A DNA stretch of 64,000 bases from Candidatus Kapaibacterium sp. GTDB taxonomy: Bacteria > Bacteroidota > Ignavibacteria > Kapaibacteriales > UBA2268. Location of the stretch: positions 17,715 through 81,714 of the forward strand of contig JAONBD010000001.1 in the NCBI GenBank assembly GCA_028376765.1, in the 5' to 3' direction. The translations under genes and the position numbers were made by a program. Below, piece after piece: positions 29,008-42,506 of the stretch; position 1 is the first letter of the stretch; each line of letters starts with the position of its first letter. The notes under the pieces are model-generated. The model was not told the origin of the DNA. It searched no databases and worked only from the letters and a program-made list of their open reading frames with translations.

Positions 29008-29757
29008 TTACATTGACATCTTCTTAAAAATTGATTCGGGAACAGCCTTAATAATTGCCATAATATACCTCCAAAACCAAGGAGTATATAAAACATCTTT
29101 TCCGTTTAATATTGCAGAATGAATAGACTTTCCAACGGCATCTGCTTTTGCAAATAGCAGACCTTTTTTCATATTAGTGGTCATTGGCGTATCTGTTGGT
29201 CCAGGTTTAATTGTTAAAATATTAACATTAGAATTAATCAACCTATTCCTTAATCCTTGTAGAAAAAGGGAAACTCCACCTTTTGCTGACCCATATATAT
29301 AATTACTTTGCCTTCCCCTTTCGCCAGCAACAGAGCTTATTACTGCTAGTGTCCCATAGCCTTGCTTTTCAAAATTTGTTGCAGCAATTGTAGATAGAGA
29401 AATTACACTAGTACAGTTAATATTAAAATGATGTAATGTTTTTATGTGATCTTTTCTGATCTCATCATTTTCTGGTAATGTACCATGTGCAATTAAAACA
29501 CAATCTAAACCATCCATTTTAGTTTTAGCATTTTCAATTAATTGATTATGCTTGTCAAATTCTAGAGCATTAATTTGCTCCAAATAGAAAGTGGCTTTTG
29601 GGCTTCTAACTTTCAAATCATCTCTCACTATTTCTAGCTTTTGCAGGTTACTGCCAGCTAGATACAATTGAGTTCCTTCTTGATTAAAGTTTTTAGCTGT
29701 TTCTTGAGCAATTTTCGAACTTGCCCCAAAAATCAATATTTTCTTTATTTTATTCAT
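29008..29757 (-). CDS. SDR-family oxidoreductase
   Basis: KILIFGASSKIAQETA glycine motif. YGSAK catalytic motif. Confidence 0.7.
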   Translation of the reverse strand: MNKIKKILIFGASSKIAQETAKNFNQEGTQLYLAGSNLQKLEIVRDDLKVRSPKATFYLEQINALEFDKHNQLIENAKTKMDGLDCVLIAHGTLPENDEIRKDHIKTLHHFNINCTSVISLSTIAATNFEKQGYGTLAVISSVAGERGRQSNYIYGSAKGGVSLFLQGLRNRLINSNVNILTIKPGPTDTPMTTNMKKGLLFAKADAVGKSIHSAILNGKDVLYTPWFWRYIMAIIKAVPESIFKKMSM

Positions 29758-29763
29758 TTATTT

Positions 29764-30750
29764 TTACGCAATTTCACCCATAACAAATGGGTTGTGAATT
29801 TTAGTATTTTCCAAAATTAAATCAACATTTTCTTTTTTTGCAATTAATATCATACCAACTCCAAGATTGAAAACGTGTCTCATTTCAGATTCTTCAACAT
29901 CTCCAACTGCTTGAATCAATTGAAATATGAAAGGTCGTTCCCAACTATCCCAATCAATTTTCATTTTTAAATCACCTGATAAAATTCTATTGGTGTTACC
30001 TTCAATCCCGCCACCAGTAATGTGGCTAATCCCTGTTAAGTGCTCTGATAGTACTAGGGGGTGAACCTCCTGCAAATATGATTTATGAATCGCAAGTAGT
30101 TCTGAAGCGAGAGTAGTTCCTCTTTCTTCAAAGTGGTGATCAATTTCAAAATTATTAAAAAGAACGTGGCGAGCTAGGCTATAACCGTTTGTATGAAGAC
30201 CTGATGATTGCAAACCAATCATAATATCTCCTTTTGATATTCTTGAGCCATTAATTGATTTGTTTTCATCTACGATACCAACAATTGAACCACTTAAGTC
30301 AAAATCGTCCTTTTGGTATAATCCAGGCATTTCTGCGGTTTCGCCACCAATTAAAGCACAATTATTTTCTTTACAAGCAGTTGCAAAACCACGAATAATA
30401 TCAGCACCATTTTTAGAGTCTAATTTCCCTGTTGCGTAATAATCTAAAAAGAAAAGTGGCTTTGCTCCACAACATAAAATATCATTTACGCAATGATTTA
30501 CTAAATCTTGCCCAACAGTAGAATAAATTCCAGACTTTACAGCTACCATTATTTTTGTACCAACTCCATCAACACTCGAAACCAAAATTGGCTTTTCATA
30601 ATCTTTGAAATCAGCTTTGTAGAAGCCACCAAAAAGTCCTATATCAGAGAGAACATTTTTATTATGAGTTTCTTTAATTGAACCTTTTACACTATCGAGC
30701 ATTTGTTCGCTAGCTGATATATCTACGCCAGCATCTTTATAACTTGCCAT
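29764..30750 (-). CDS. purM: Phosphoribosylformylglycinamidine cyclo-ligase (AIR synthetase)
   Basis: The N-terminus is MASYKDAGVDI. The PurM-type ATP-binding fold and its length are consistent. Confidence 0.85.
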   Translation of the reverse strand: MASYKDAGVDISASEQMLDSVKGSIKETHNKNVLSDIGLFGGFYKADFKDYEKPILVSSVDGVGTKIMVAVKSGIYSTVGQDLVNHCVNDILCCGAKPLFFLDYYATGKLDSKNGADIIRGFATACKENNCALIGGETAEMPGLYQKDDFDLSGSIVGIVDENKSINGSRISKGDIMIGLQSSGLHTNGYSLARHVLFNNFEIDHHFEERGTTLASELLAIHKSYLQEVHPLVLSEHLTGISHITGGGIEGNTNRILSGDLKMKIDWDSWERPFIFQLIQAVGDVEESEMRHVFNLGVGMILIAKKENVDLILENTKIHNPFVMGEIA

Positions 30751-30754
30751 TTTA

Positions 30755-31508
30755 TTACCTTACTTTTTCCCACTTTTTTGATATGGATTTCCCACTAAAT
30801 AAAACAGATACAGAATTAATAAACCATAGAAAAATTGTATTCAAGTATCCTTTTTTTCTGAACCTTCTTGGAGATTCAAAAACTACAATGTCGTTTGCAA
30901 ATTTAATTTTATATTTTTTTGCGACTTTATGAAAAAGATCAAAATCCTCTCCAGCAGCAATTGTTGAATTATATTTCCCCACCTCTTCAAAAATATCTTT
31001 TCTAATTATCTGACATTCGCCTCTGCCCATACCCATCCCTATAACATTTAGGAAATTGAAATAATTGTTAAAAATGAAATAAAAGAATTTATCTTTAAAA
31101 ATTATATCAGTTGGATTTGGCTCCACTCTGCCAGCAATAGCTTTAATATTTTTGTATTTACCTTTATTGATAGACCACTCTTCAATATTTTTTTAAAAAG
31201 TTGAATGTATCTTTAGGTAAAGTATCAGCATTAATAAAAACAAAATTTTGAGATTTAGCTTGATCTGCACCAATGTTCCTACCACCACCAATTGTTTGAT
31301 ATTGGTCTCTATCCCAAACTACAACTTTATCTGCATATTGCCTAGATATTGCAATTGTATTATCTTTGCTACCACCGTCGCTAACTATTATTTCAAAATT
31401 AAAGTTTTCTTTTTGTTCAAGCAATATTTTCAGCAAATTATCAATAACACCCTCTTCGTCTAAGGCTGGAATGATAATTGAGAAATTAATATTTGATGTA
31501 CTGTGCAT
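30755..31508 (-). pseudogene. GT2-family glycosyltransferase disrupted by a frameshift at an A7 (minus-strand) homopolymer
   Basis: The N-terminal fragment (31182-31508) ends FNFLKKY* and the C-terminal fragment (30755-31126+) is in another frame. Removing one A from the A7 run at 31188-31194 (plus-strand T7) fuses them into a ~250-aa GT2 protein (IIIPALDEEG...DGGSKD...GEDFDL). Confidence 0.55.
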
Positions 31509-31515
31509 AGAAATA

Positions 31516-32550
31516 TTATAATGCAAAAGGATATAATAAAAAATACCTTGGTGGTGCATCTTTACTAAATTCAATCGCAGGTGATGGCCATTTAAAAAGA
31601 TTTAGTGTTTGTTTAGTCCAGTTTAACCACCCTGGGCCTTTATCAGGTAGAATTTGGGTTAAATTAAAATCAAGTGCTACTATATATTTTGGTGATGCCA
31701 GTGCTGGTGGTTGATTACCCCAGTTATAACTGCTCACATCAACTTTAGAGTAATCGTGTTGGTTACATTCATTGCAAATATTTCTAACGGCATAACCAAG
31801 GCTTAAATCAATCCAAGATGGCCAATAATCTTTTAAATTATCAGGTAACATATTATGTATATTAAAACTAAGCCAAAAGGATTGCGAGCTGTAGTCATCA
31901 ACTATAAACAGATAGCCCTCACGCCTGTACTGTCCATGCCAATCAGCAGGTAGCATTGTGAATTTTGGAGTAATATTCTGAAGATAAGGGTAATAGTATT
32001 GCAAAATATAAAAAGCAGAACCTGCGGTATTAAAATATACATCTGTTGGGCTAAATCCAAAATTTGCACCAAATCCATCCATTACTTCAATATAATTGAG
32101 ATATAGCCAACCAAACATACCACCAAATAAAGTAGCGTGTTTAGGTTTCATACCTGCAACATACATAGCTTCTCCAAAAATGTAAGATGCTGTGTAACCA
32201 CTTAAAAAATGACCAGGTTTATCTACATAAAGGCTGTATGCACCATCTTCCTGAATTTTAAACTCGGCACCTTCTTTCCAAATGGTTTGTGATTGTGCAA
32301 TATGCTGAACAGTAAATAAGGTAGTGATACCACCTATCACTAAACCTGTTCTCAAGGGGTTTAAAGTAGTTTCTTTTCTTGGTTGCTCACCAAACAATGT
32401 GTAGCGATAGCTATTGGCGTATTTAAATTCCTCTTTTGGTATAAATAAGCTATCCTTAGAATATAATCCATTTGAATTCGTAAATATTAATAATATCAGT
32501 AAGATAAAATAGATTAGTATTTGGCTTGGTATTTGATTATTATGTTTCAA
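31516..32550 (-). CDS. Hypothetical secreted/outer-membrane protein
   Basis: 344 aa. It has a signal peptide and an aromatic-rich beta-type composition. Its end overlaps the GT2 start by 9 bp. Confidence 0.4.
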   Translation of the reverse strand: MKHNNQIPSQILIYFILLILLIFTNSNGLYSKDSLFIPKEEFKYANSYRYTLFGEQPRKETTLNPLRTGLVIGGITTLFTVQHIAQSQTIWKEGAEFKIQEDGAYSLYVDKPGHFLSGYTASYIFGEAMYVAGMKPKHATLFGGMFGWLYLNYIEVMDGFGANFGFSPTDVYFNTAGSAFYILQYYYPYLQNITPKFTMLPADWHGQYRREGYLFIVDDYSSQSFWLSFNIHNMLPDNLKDYWPSWIDLSLGYAVRNICNECNQHDYSKVDVSSYNWGNQPPALASPKYIVALDFNLTQILPDKGPGWLNWTKQTLNLFKWPSPAIEFSKDAPPRYFLLYPFAL

Positions 32551-32563
32551 ACGCTAAATTTAT

Positions 32564-33325
32564 ATGGAAGAATTACCTAAAATAATACAACGTTACAGAG
32601 AGAAAAAAGGTCTATCTCTCGACGAAATATCTGAAAAAACAAAGATAAGGAAATTTGTACTTAGTTCTATCGAATCAGGACAATTTGACAATTTACCTCC
32701 TGTCTATGGTAAATCTTTTGTAAAAACGGTTCTTACTTTATTAGAAGTACCAGAAGAAGAATACGCAGAACCCTATGCAGAACTTTCTAAATATTTAGGA
32801 ACAGTAAAAACTGTTTATAATCCAGTAAAAAATAACAATTATGGTAGTTTAGATAATTCTATGAAGTTATTCGGACTTAGCCTGTCTCCAACAGTTATTA
32901 ATTACTCAATATATAGTGCGATTGTATTAATAGTTGCGATTATTATATATTTAAGTATTTTTTCTAGTCCTGATAGCAATTCAGAGGATTTTCAAACTTC
33001 TGCACCTCCAACAGATTCAATAGAACTTGGTGGTGAGGATTTCCAAATATCTGCACCAATATTAGCAGATAGCATAACAATAGAAGCTTTTGCAATTGAC
33101 TCGGCTTGGATAAAAGTAGAAATTGATGGAAATTTAATAGATCAAGCGTTAATGGCACCAAATATGAAAAAGCAGTGGAGAGCAAAAGAATATTTTATCA
33201 TCCACCAAGGAAACATAGGTGGACTTGAAATTAAAAGAAATGGAAGAATTTTAGAACCATTTGGGTCGCCAGGAAGATCTGTTAAAAATGTTAAAGTTAC
33301 TAGAGATAAAATTATTTATAGATAG
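32564..33325 (+). CDS. RodZ-like protein (N-terminal XRE-type HTH, single TM, C-terminal DUF4115-like domain)
   Basis: HTH region KKGLSLDEISEKTKIRKFVLSSIESG. Central hydrophobic helix. C-terminal domain. Confidence 0.55.
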   Translation: MEELPKIIQRYREKKGLSLDEISEKTKIRKFVLSSIESGQFDNLPPVYGKSFVKTVLTLLEVPEEEYAEPYAELSKYLGTVKTVYNPVKNNNYGSLDNSMKLFGLSLSPTVINYSIYSAIVLIVAIIIYLSIFSSPDSNSEDFQTSAPPTDSIELGGEDFQISAPILADSITIEAFAIDSAWIKVEIDGNLIDQALMAPNMKKQWRAKEYFIIHQGNIGGLEIKRNGRILEPFGSPGRSVKNVKVTRDKIIYR

Positions 33326-33333
33326 AAACTTAT

Positions 33334-34314
33334 TTAATTATTTTCACTTCCATAAATATCATGAATCCTTATAATACCTTTTAATTCATTTGTATTATTT
33401 GTTACTGGCATCACACTTATTTGTGATTTCCTATTCTCCATCAGTCCAAGAGCCGTTCCAAGCAATTCGTTCTCGTTTACAGTAACAGGGTCACTTGTCA
33501 TAATATTATTAACTTTAGTCTGGTTAATATCATCATTATTTAGTAGAGATCTTCTAATATCACCATCGGTTAATATTCCAATTAACTTATCACTACTAAT
33601 GATACAAACACAGCCTAATCCTTTATTGGAAATTTCAATTATAGCATCTTTAAGGCTTGCATTCACTTCAATACACGGCATTGCTGAGCCACTTTTCATA
33701 ACATCAACAACTTTTAAAATGTTATTTCTTCCAAGCTGACCACTAGGATGATTAGCTGCAAAATCTCTTTGCCTAATTCCCTTTAATTCTACCAAGCAAG
33801 CACTAATTGCATCTCCCATAACTAGGGCTGCTGTTGTAGAACTTGTTGGGGCTAAATCTATTGGGCAAGATTCTTTCTTTATTTCCGTAAAGAGATGATG
33901 ATCTGATTTTTCGGCTAAAAAGGAATCTTGATTACTAGTTATTGAAACTACATTAATAGATCTATTTTTAATGTAGGGTAATAAATTTAATAATTCTGTG
34001 GTTGTACCACTTTTAGAAATCATAATTATTGAAGAGTTCTTTTCTGCAATTCCTAAATCTCCATGTAGTGCTTCTACGGGGTCCAAAAAAATTGATTTAA
34101 CACCATAGCTAGAAAGTGTGGCTGCAATTTTTTTTGAAATAAAGCCAGACTTACCAACACCTGTAGTCAAAATCAAGTCAGATTTGTTTAGGCTCATTAC
34201 AGCTTTTTCAAATGTTGAGTTGATTGTTTTTTCAATATCTAATAATGTACTTGCTTGAATATTAAATACATCTTTCGCACTTTTAATTAAATCCATATTT
34301 ATCCTGCTGGCCAA
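33334..34314 (-). CDS. kdsD: Arabinose-5-phosphate isomerase (KpsF/GutQ family; SIS + tandem CBS domains)
   Basis: The SIS motif region is present ([17 protein letters not shown]). Two C-terminal CBS domains follow. Confidence 0.8.
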   Translation of the reverse strand: MASRINMDLIKSAKDVFNIQASTLLDIEKTINSTFEKAVMSLNKSDLILTTGVGKSGFISKKIAATLSSYGVKSIFLDPVEALHGDLGIAEKNSSIIMISKSGTTTELLNLLPYIKNRSINVVSITSNQDSFLAEKSDHHLFTEIKKESCPIDLAPTSSTTAALVMGDAISACLVELKGIRQRDFAANHPSGQLGRNNILKVVDVMKSGSAMPCIEVNASLKDAIIEISNKGLGCVCIISSDKLIGILTDGDIRRSLLNNDDINQTKVNNIMTSDPVTVNENELLGTALGLMENRKSQISVMPVTNNTNELKGIIRIHDIYGSENN

Positions 34315-34640
34315 TTAAATTTTCTGCCACCCATCAAATGAAGATGGATATGATACACTTCCTGTCCACCATCTTTATTACAATTAAATACCAGTCTATA
34401 TCCACTTTCATCTATATTAAGTTCTTTAGCAATATCTGCTGCTTTCCTTACTAGCTTACCAATTAATCTATCATCATTTTCTTGAATATCATTAATTGTA
34501 GAAATTTCTTTTTTGGGAATAATCAAGATATGATTTGGGGCTTGAGGGTTTATATCTTTGAATGCAATTACTTCTTCATCCTCATATAATATATCAGCCG
34601 GGATTTCTTTGTTAATTATTTTTGTGAAAATTGTTGGCAA
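34299..34640 (-). CDS. HIT-family (histidine triad) hydrolase
   Basis: C-terminal HIHLHLMGG triad motif. Confidence 0.8.
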   Translation of the reverse strand: MPTIFTKIINKEIPADILYEDEEVIAFKDINPQAPNHILIIPKKEISTINDIQENDDRLIGKLVRKAADIAKELNIDESGYRLVFNCNKDGGQEVYHIHLHLMGGRKFNWPAG

Positions 34641-34643
34641 GAT

Positions 34644-35764
34644 TTACTCCATTACTCTTTTACATATTGCAAATTTACCATAATCATTTATATCTCGAAA
34701 AAAGAAATAGTAAATATCTTTACCTTCTTTAATTTTATATTTGATTCTAATTTCCTTAGCTCCCAAAAAGTAGTTTCTAGATTTTACAATTGCTCCAGTA
34801 TTTTTTATTTCTGATAGATTTAATTTGTTTAAACCATCCATTTTTATAATTTCAAATTTTGAAAAATGATTGATGTTTTTTGATTCGTTTGATAAATAGA
34901 AATAAGTATTTGGAGCAATCTTATTAATGTTGTTTTCCGTTGCAATTTTATCAGAAATTCCTAGTTTCAAAACCTGAGGCTCGGCTTCATATAAATACTT
35001 CCCTTCATTGGAAAAAGTTGTGTTTGAGTCTTTGTTGGAATAGCTACTCAGAATATTCTTATCTAAATCGACTGCACAATAATTTGCTCCAAAATTACAG
35101 GTTAGTAGCTCCTTGATTTCATTTTGGTATTTTATAGCATGAAAATTAATATTATAATTTAAACTTTTTGAAACTGATGATAAGTCCAACATAGGGGAGA
35201 GCTTGAATAGAAATTTATTTGATTTCAATACAATTAAATCAAAAATTTCGACAAGATTAGGTTCGCAGTCTTTTAGTGCAAAAACTTTTCTTGTATTGCT
35301 CCTACGAGCAGGGTCAGCATATATCAAGTCCACCTTGTTTGTATTTTTTAAATAATCTAATGAGTCTTGATTTCTAATTTCAATATTTTTAATATTTAAT
35401 AAATTAATATTATATCTGAAAATATCCGAAAGAATTTTATTTTTTTCTATATAGATTACTTTATTAAAACTATCGGCTAATTTAATGGAGTCTATTCCCA
35501 AGCCACCAGTCATATCGATGGCTACATCACCTGTTGTAATTGAAGATTTATAGTCAGCAGTAGATTCGCTGCTGCATTGTTCTAAAGATATTTGTGAGGG
35601 TAAAACTAAATCAAAATTATTTGCAAATAATGGGAGTTTTGTACTAGCTTTTTGGCGTCCGGCAATTTGCTCTAAAATAAACTTATCAGTACCTTTTAAT
35701 GCTAGGCTTCTTACATCGGAATTGAGATTAGACTGTATAAATTCTTTTTGGGCTTTATTAATCA

Positions 35765-35765
<1 letters not shown>
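34644..35765 (-). CDS. Putative class I SAM-dependent methyltransferase (THUMP-like/RsmD-like architecture)
   Basis: DMTGGLGIDS (glycine-rich SAM loop) and LIYADPARR motifs. The assignment is tentative. Confidence 0.45.
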
Positions 35766-37829
<2,064 letters not shown>

Positions 37830-37843
37830 ATAAAAAGTTGTAA

Positions 37844-38470
37844 TTAAAGTGAGGCTAATTTTTCATTTATTGTTTCCAGTAGAAAATGTTCAAACCTACC
37901 ATTTGATTTCCAAAAATGAACTTCGTTGGTAATCTGATCTTCTCTACCACTAATTTCACCCCTAATTAACATATATACAGACTCATCTTCTTGCTCTTTT
38001 AAAATTATTTTATACTGCATTCTTCCATTGCCCCAATCTGCACCTCTAATCACAGGTACTTTATAGCTGTATTTCCATAAGCTATCTGCCACATCTTCAT
38101 CTTTTTCCATCATAGCAAATATGCAATATTCAGAAACAAGCTTACCTTTAAACAAAGCATTTTCATCTTGTCTGGAGGATTTCTGAGCGACAGCACACCC
38201 GTATTCATCTAGAGATTCTATGCAAGCATTCCAAACTTCATCAAAGAAAAAATCGGTATATGTTTGTTCAAATTTTTCACGATAATATTTAAGATTTTCT
38301 TCATCGGTACCTTCAAGCTTTTTCAGCCCTTTATCCATATTTTCTTTCATTCTTCCAAAGAAACCTTTTTTCTCTTTTTTTTCCTCTTTTTCTTCTTCTG
38401 AAAAGGCAGTATTCAAGCTAAAAGAAAAAGTAATTGCAACTAATGCTAGAATTTGTAAAATGTTTTTCAT
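37844..38470 (-). CDS. Hypothetical secreted protein
   Basis: Signal peptide MKNILQILALVAITFSFSLNTAFS. No known motifs. Confidence 0.45.
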   Translation of the reverse strand: MKNILQILALVAITFSFSLNTAFSEEEKEEKKEKKGFFGRMKENMDKGLKKLEGTDEENLKYYREKFEQTYTDFFFDEVWNACIESLDEYGCAVAQKSSRQDENALFKGKLVSEYCIFAMMEKDEDVADSLWKYSYKVPVIRGADWGNGRMQYKIILKEQEDESVYMLIRGEISGREDQITNEVHFWKSNGRFEHFLLETINEKLASL

Positions 38471-38481
38471 GTCTGTAATTC

Positions 38482-41400
38482 CTAATTATTTCTGTTCAAT
38501 TGTACCGATACTATTTTGGATAAACCTTCTTCTTGCTGAGTAATACCATAAAGGTTATCAGCTGCTTCCATTGTCTTCTTATTATGTGTAACGACAAGGA
38601 ATTGAGTATTGTTGCTAAATTTTTTGATTAGGTTAACATATCTACCGATATTGTTATCATCTAATGGTGCATCAACTTCATCTAAAATACAAAAAGGTGA
38701 AGGCTTAACCAAATAAATGGCAAATAAAAGTGCAATAGCAGTTAATGTTTTTTCGCCACCAGAAAGCATATCTATTGAGTGTGGTTTCTTTCCAGGTGGT
38801 TTTGCCATGATGCTAAGATCTGCATCTAAGGGGTTTTCTCCATCTAGAGATATATCACATTCACCCTCTTCATTAAATAAAGTCTGAAATAATTCTTTGA
38901 AATTTATTCTGACTTTTTCAAAAGTAGAAGTAAGAAGCTCTTCAGCAGTTTTGTTTACTTCCTTAATGGTAGTAAGTAAGGTGTTTTTAGCCTTGCTTAG
39001 ATCATCTATTTGAGTCTCGTAGAACATCAACCGTTGGTTTTCTACCTCATAATCTTCTAAAGCCATGAAATTAACATTTCCAATTGAAGAAAGTTTTTGT
39101 TTAAGATCTTTTATAATTTCTCTTAATTCCTCGGCTGGAATGTTAGATTGTATTTCTACTAATTTATCCAAATCTAATTCATATTTTTCAGATGAATTAT
39201 TTAAAATTGATTCAATTTTTGTTTTTATTTCTGTTAATTCTATTTCAGCTTTATGAAGTTTAGAATTAAGAGAGTTGATTTCTGAATTAGTGTTGTTTTT
39301 CTCCTTTTCTAATTGCTCTAATTCAAGGTTGATTTCCTTAAGTTTAGAAACTAATACTTCCGATTCAGTTTTAGAATATTCAATCTCTTCAGAATATTTT
39401 GCAATATTAACTTTAGCCAAACTCGCATCATTTGATATTTGTTCAGTTACATCAATATTGCTTTTATAATCTTTTTCAGATTTATTTAACCTACGTTTAT
39501 TAGCTTCAATAGAGTTAGTTATATTGATTTTTTCGTTTTCTAAATTATTGATTTTGTTATTTAAGTTGACACTAGTAATATGAAGTGTTTGCAATTTTTT
39601 TCTAGTTTCAACTAGCTCTAGTTCAAAGCCATGGTTGGATTTATTCTTTTGCTTAATTTCATTTTCAATTTTACTAATCTCATTTTCTAAATTAGATACT
39701 TGCTCAAGTGATACTTTGTTCCCAGAAAGTTCAGTTCTTTCGTTCAGAGCCTTCTGAAGGTTTTCGGTAAATATCTCAACCTTGTTTTTTATAGAATTAT
39801 AGTCAATATTAATTTTTGATAATTTTCTTTCATTGTTGGTAATTTCAACTTTACTTGAGTTTAGCTTTTGTTTTATTGAATTAATATTAATTGAATTAAG
39901 CAATTCACTTTTTTCTGATATCTGCGTTCTTTTAGAATTAATTTCATCATTTACATCAACAATACTTTTATTAAGCTTTTCAATTTTTTCAATTTTTCCA
40001 AAATCGGATTTAGCTTTTTCAATACCACCTAAAATTATTTCTCCATTAGATGTGAAAATATCACCTTCTAATGTTACAGCTTTCGCAATTTTTCCGCTAG
40101 AAACTAAATCAATACCGACATTTATATTTTCAACAAGAGCAATATTCCCAAAAGCATTTCTTAAATAATTTCTAATATTATCGGGAACTCTAGGCAGCTC
40201 CGAAATAAAAGCAATAATTCCATCAATTTCTGGTTGTTTATTAGTATTAACTATTTTATCTGTTAATATAAAAGATTGCTTTCCTTTCTTTGCTTCATTG
40301 AGGATCTTGCCTGCATCAAATGCTTTTTCTATATTATCCAAAACAATAGAATCTGAAAATTTATCGAGAACAGACTGAAAAGCTAAAATGTATTTAGAAT
40401 CAACACCCATAATTGCAGCTAGAGTATTATAATTATCATTCCATTTGCTCGATAGTAAAAACCCAGAATTGGATGATTTATCAACAGAACTTTCCCAAAA
40501 TGATAATTCTCTATTAAACTCATTTAATTGTGATTTTGAATCATTTAATTGAGAATGTAATATTTCCAATTCTTCTTTTATCGTTGTGATTTTGTTTGAA
40601 TTAACTTCTAATTCAACCTCAAGTTTATCTCTGACTTTGGATTGTTGGCTTATTGAAATATTTAAAGAATTAATTTCATTTTCAAAATTAGAAATTCCAT
40701 TGTTTTGTTCATTTATCTTTCTTTCAATCTCTTTAATTTGGTTGTCATTTTTTTGGACATTATCATCGTATCTATTCTTTTTGAATTTTAATTCGGATAT
40801 ATTACTTCTAAATTTGTTTATTTGCTGATTTAAAGAATCGATTTCAATTTTTATTTCTTTCGAGTTTATTTCTATTTTTTTCTCAATTTCTTTTTGAGAA
40901 TTTATTTGCTTAATGACAGAGTCTTTTTCCTTGTAAATATCTTCTTTTTCGATTGATATTTGATTGATTCGATCTTCTTTTTTTCGGTTTGAATTTATGG
41001 AAGATTCTTTTTCTTGGAGATACCTTTCAATTTCACGTTTGATATTTTTTTCTTTTACTTCAGATACAGCTAATAGCTGCTTGCTATCAGAGAGTTTTGC
41101 TTGAATGGTACTGATCTTTATTCTTAAGTCTTTATTCTTGTCATCAATCTCTTTTTTCTGAACATTTTTATCTGAAAGATCTTTAGCGAGTCCTTCAAAT
41201 AATTTATTGATTTTCTCAGAAGAGAGATTTAAATCTGCGATGTTAGTTTCTACAATAGATAGGTTCTTATTTAGTGACCTAATATCAATAGCATAAAGTT
41301 GAATTTCATTTTCTTTTAGTTCTTCTGTAAATTTATTATATCGTCTAGTTTTTGCAGCTTGTCTTGATAGGGAATTTACATTTTTTCGAACTTCAACAAC

Positions 41401-41982
41401 AATATCTTCTACTCTTTCTAAATCTTCTTCTACTCTTTTTAGTTTCCGTTCAGATTCTTTTCTTCTAACTTTATATTTAGTAATTCCGGCAGCTTCTTCA
41501 AGTAAGTTTTTTCTATCTTCATTTCTTCCAGAAAGAAGGTTCTCTACCATTTTTAATTCAATTACAGAATAGGAGTCTGGCCCCATTCCGGTATCCATAA
41601 ATAAGTTATTAATATCTTTTAATCTACAATTAGCTTTATTAAGTAAGTATTTAGAATCTCCATTTCTATTTATTCTACGAGCAACTGATACATTCTGAAA
41701 TTCACTCGGAAGTAATTGTTTGTTATTTTCGATTGTTAAAACTACCTCTGCAATTCCAGACTGCTTTCGGTGTTTAGTACCATTAAAAATGATATTTTCC
41801 ATATTATCAGATCTAAGAACATTAGATTTTTGCTCGCCTAATACCCATCTGATAGCATCCACAATATTAGATTTACCACAACCATTGGGACCTACAAGGC
41901 AAGTTATTCCTTCCGAAAAAGTAAATTTTGTTTTGATTCCAAATGATTTGAAACCAATAATATCAAGTTCACTTAAAAACAA
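38482..41982 (-). CDS. smc: Chromosome segregation protein SMC
   Basis: N-terminal Walker A GPNGCGKSN. Long coiled coils with a central hinge. C-terminal LSGGEK signature and Walker B DEVDAPLD. Confidence 0.9.
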   Translation of the reverse strand: MFLSELDIIGFKSFGIKTKFTFSEGITCLVGPNGCGKSNIVDAIRWVLGEQKSNVLRSDNMENIIFNGTKHRKQSGIAEVVLTIENNKQLLPSEFQNVSVARRINRNGDSKYLLNKANCRLKDINNLFMDTGMGPDSYSVIELKMVENLLSGRNEDRKNLLEEAAGITKYKVRRKESERKLKRVEEDLERVEDIVVEVRKNVNSLSRQAAKTRRYNKFTEELKENEIQLYAIDIRSLNKNLSIVETNIADLNLSSEKINKLFEGLAKDLSDKNVQKKEIDDKNKDLRIKISTIQAKLSDSKQLLAVSEVKEKNIKREIERYLQEKESSINSNRKKEDRINQISIEKEDIYKEKDSVIKQINSQKEIEKKIEINSKEIKIEIDSLNQQINKFRSNISELKFKKNRYDDNVQKNDNQIKEIERKINEQNNGISNFENEINSLNISISQQSKVRDKLEVELEVNSNKITTIKEELEILHSQLNDSKSQLNEFNRELSFWESSVDKSSNSGFLLSSKWNDNYNTLAAIMGVDSKYILAFQSVLDKFSDSIVLDNIEKAFDAGKILNEAKKGKQSFILTDKIVNTNKQPEIDGIIAFISELPRVPDNIRNYLRNAFGNIALVENINVGIDLVSSGKIAKAVTLEGDIFTSNGEIILGGIEKAKSDFGKIEKIEKLNKSIVDVNDEINSKRTQISEKSELLNSININSIKQKLNSSKVEITNNERKLSKINIDYNSIKNKVEIFTENLQKALNERTELSGNKVSLEQVSNLENEISKIENEIKQKNKSNHGFELELVETRKKLQTLHITSVNLNNKINNLENEKINITNSIEANKRRLNKSEKDYKSNIDVTEQISNDASLAKVNIAKYSEEIEYSKTESEVLVSKLKEINLELEQLEKEKNNTNSEINSLNSKLHKAEIELTEIKTKIESILNNSSEKYELDLDKLVEIQSNIPAEELREIIKDLKQKLSSIGNVNFMALEDYEVENQRLMFYETQIDDLSKAKNTLLTTIKEVNKTAEELLTSTFEKVRINFKELFQTLFNEEGECDISLDGENPLDADLSIMAKPPGKKPHSIDMLSGGEKTLTAIALLFAIYLVKPSPFCILDEVDAPLDDNNIGRYVNLIKKFSNNTQFLVVTHNKKTMEAADNLYGITQQEEGLSKIVSVQLNRNN

Positions 41983-42432
41983 TTAATTGCCGCTCCCAGT
42001 AGATCCAAAACCAGCAGCCCCTCTTTCAGTTTCTTCAAGATGCTCTACTTCAACAAGTTCAGCCTTTTCGAACCTCGCAATTACCATTTGAGCAATTCTA
42101 TCACCCCTTTTTATTACTTGAGTTTCCTTTGAGAAATTTGCTAAAATTACTTTTATTTCACCTCTGTAGTCACTATCTACAGTCCCAGGTGAGTTTAAGC
42201 AAAAAAGGCCTTGTTTTAAAGAAAGACCACTTCTTGATCTTATCTGACATTCATAATTATTGGGTACAGCAATGGCAATTCCTGTTGATATTAAACTAAC
42301 TTCCCCAGCTTTTATCGAAATATTTTCTTGGATTGCTGCGTACAAATCCATTCCAGAAGCACCATCTGTTTGCCTGAAAGGTAAGGCTAAGTCATTGAAA
42401 TTATTTGAAATTCTTTTTACTTGTATTTTCAT
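41983..42432 (-). CDS. dut: dUTP diphosphatase
   Basis: The motifs GASGMDL, RSGL and GTVDSDYRGE are characteristic of trimeric dUTPase. Confidence 0.9.
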   Translation of the reverse strand: MKIQVKRISNNFNDLALPFRQTDGASGMDLYAAIQENISIKAGEVSLISTGIAIAVPNNYECQIRSRSGLSLKQGLFCLNSPGTVDSDYRGEIKVILANFSKETQVIKRGDRIAQMVIARFEKAELVEVEHLEETERGAAGFGSTGSGN

Positions 42433-42506
42433 TCTCTAATTTTGTTATTAAAACGACCACAAATATACAAAATAGGAGCATTATGCTAATAATAGATATT
42501 TTTAAA

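Noticed and set aside
39065-40828. Plus-strand short ORFs inside smc
   Set aside because: Antisense to the 1166-aa SMC gene, with low-complexity Leu/Ser/Ile-rich translations.
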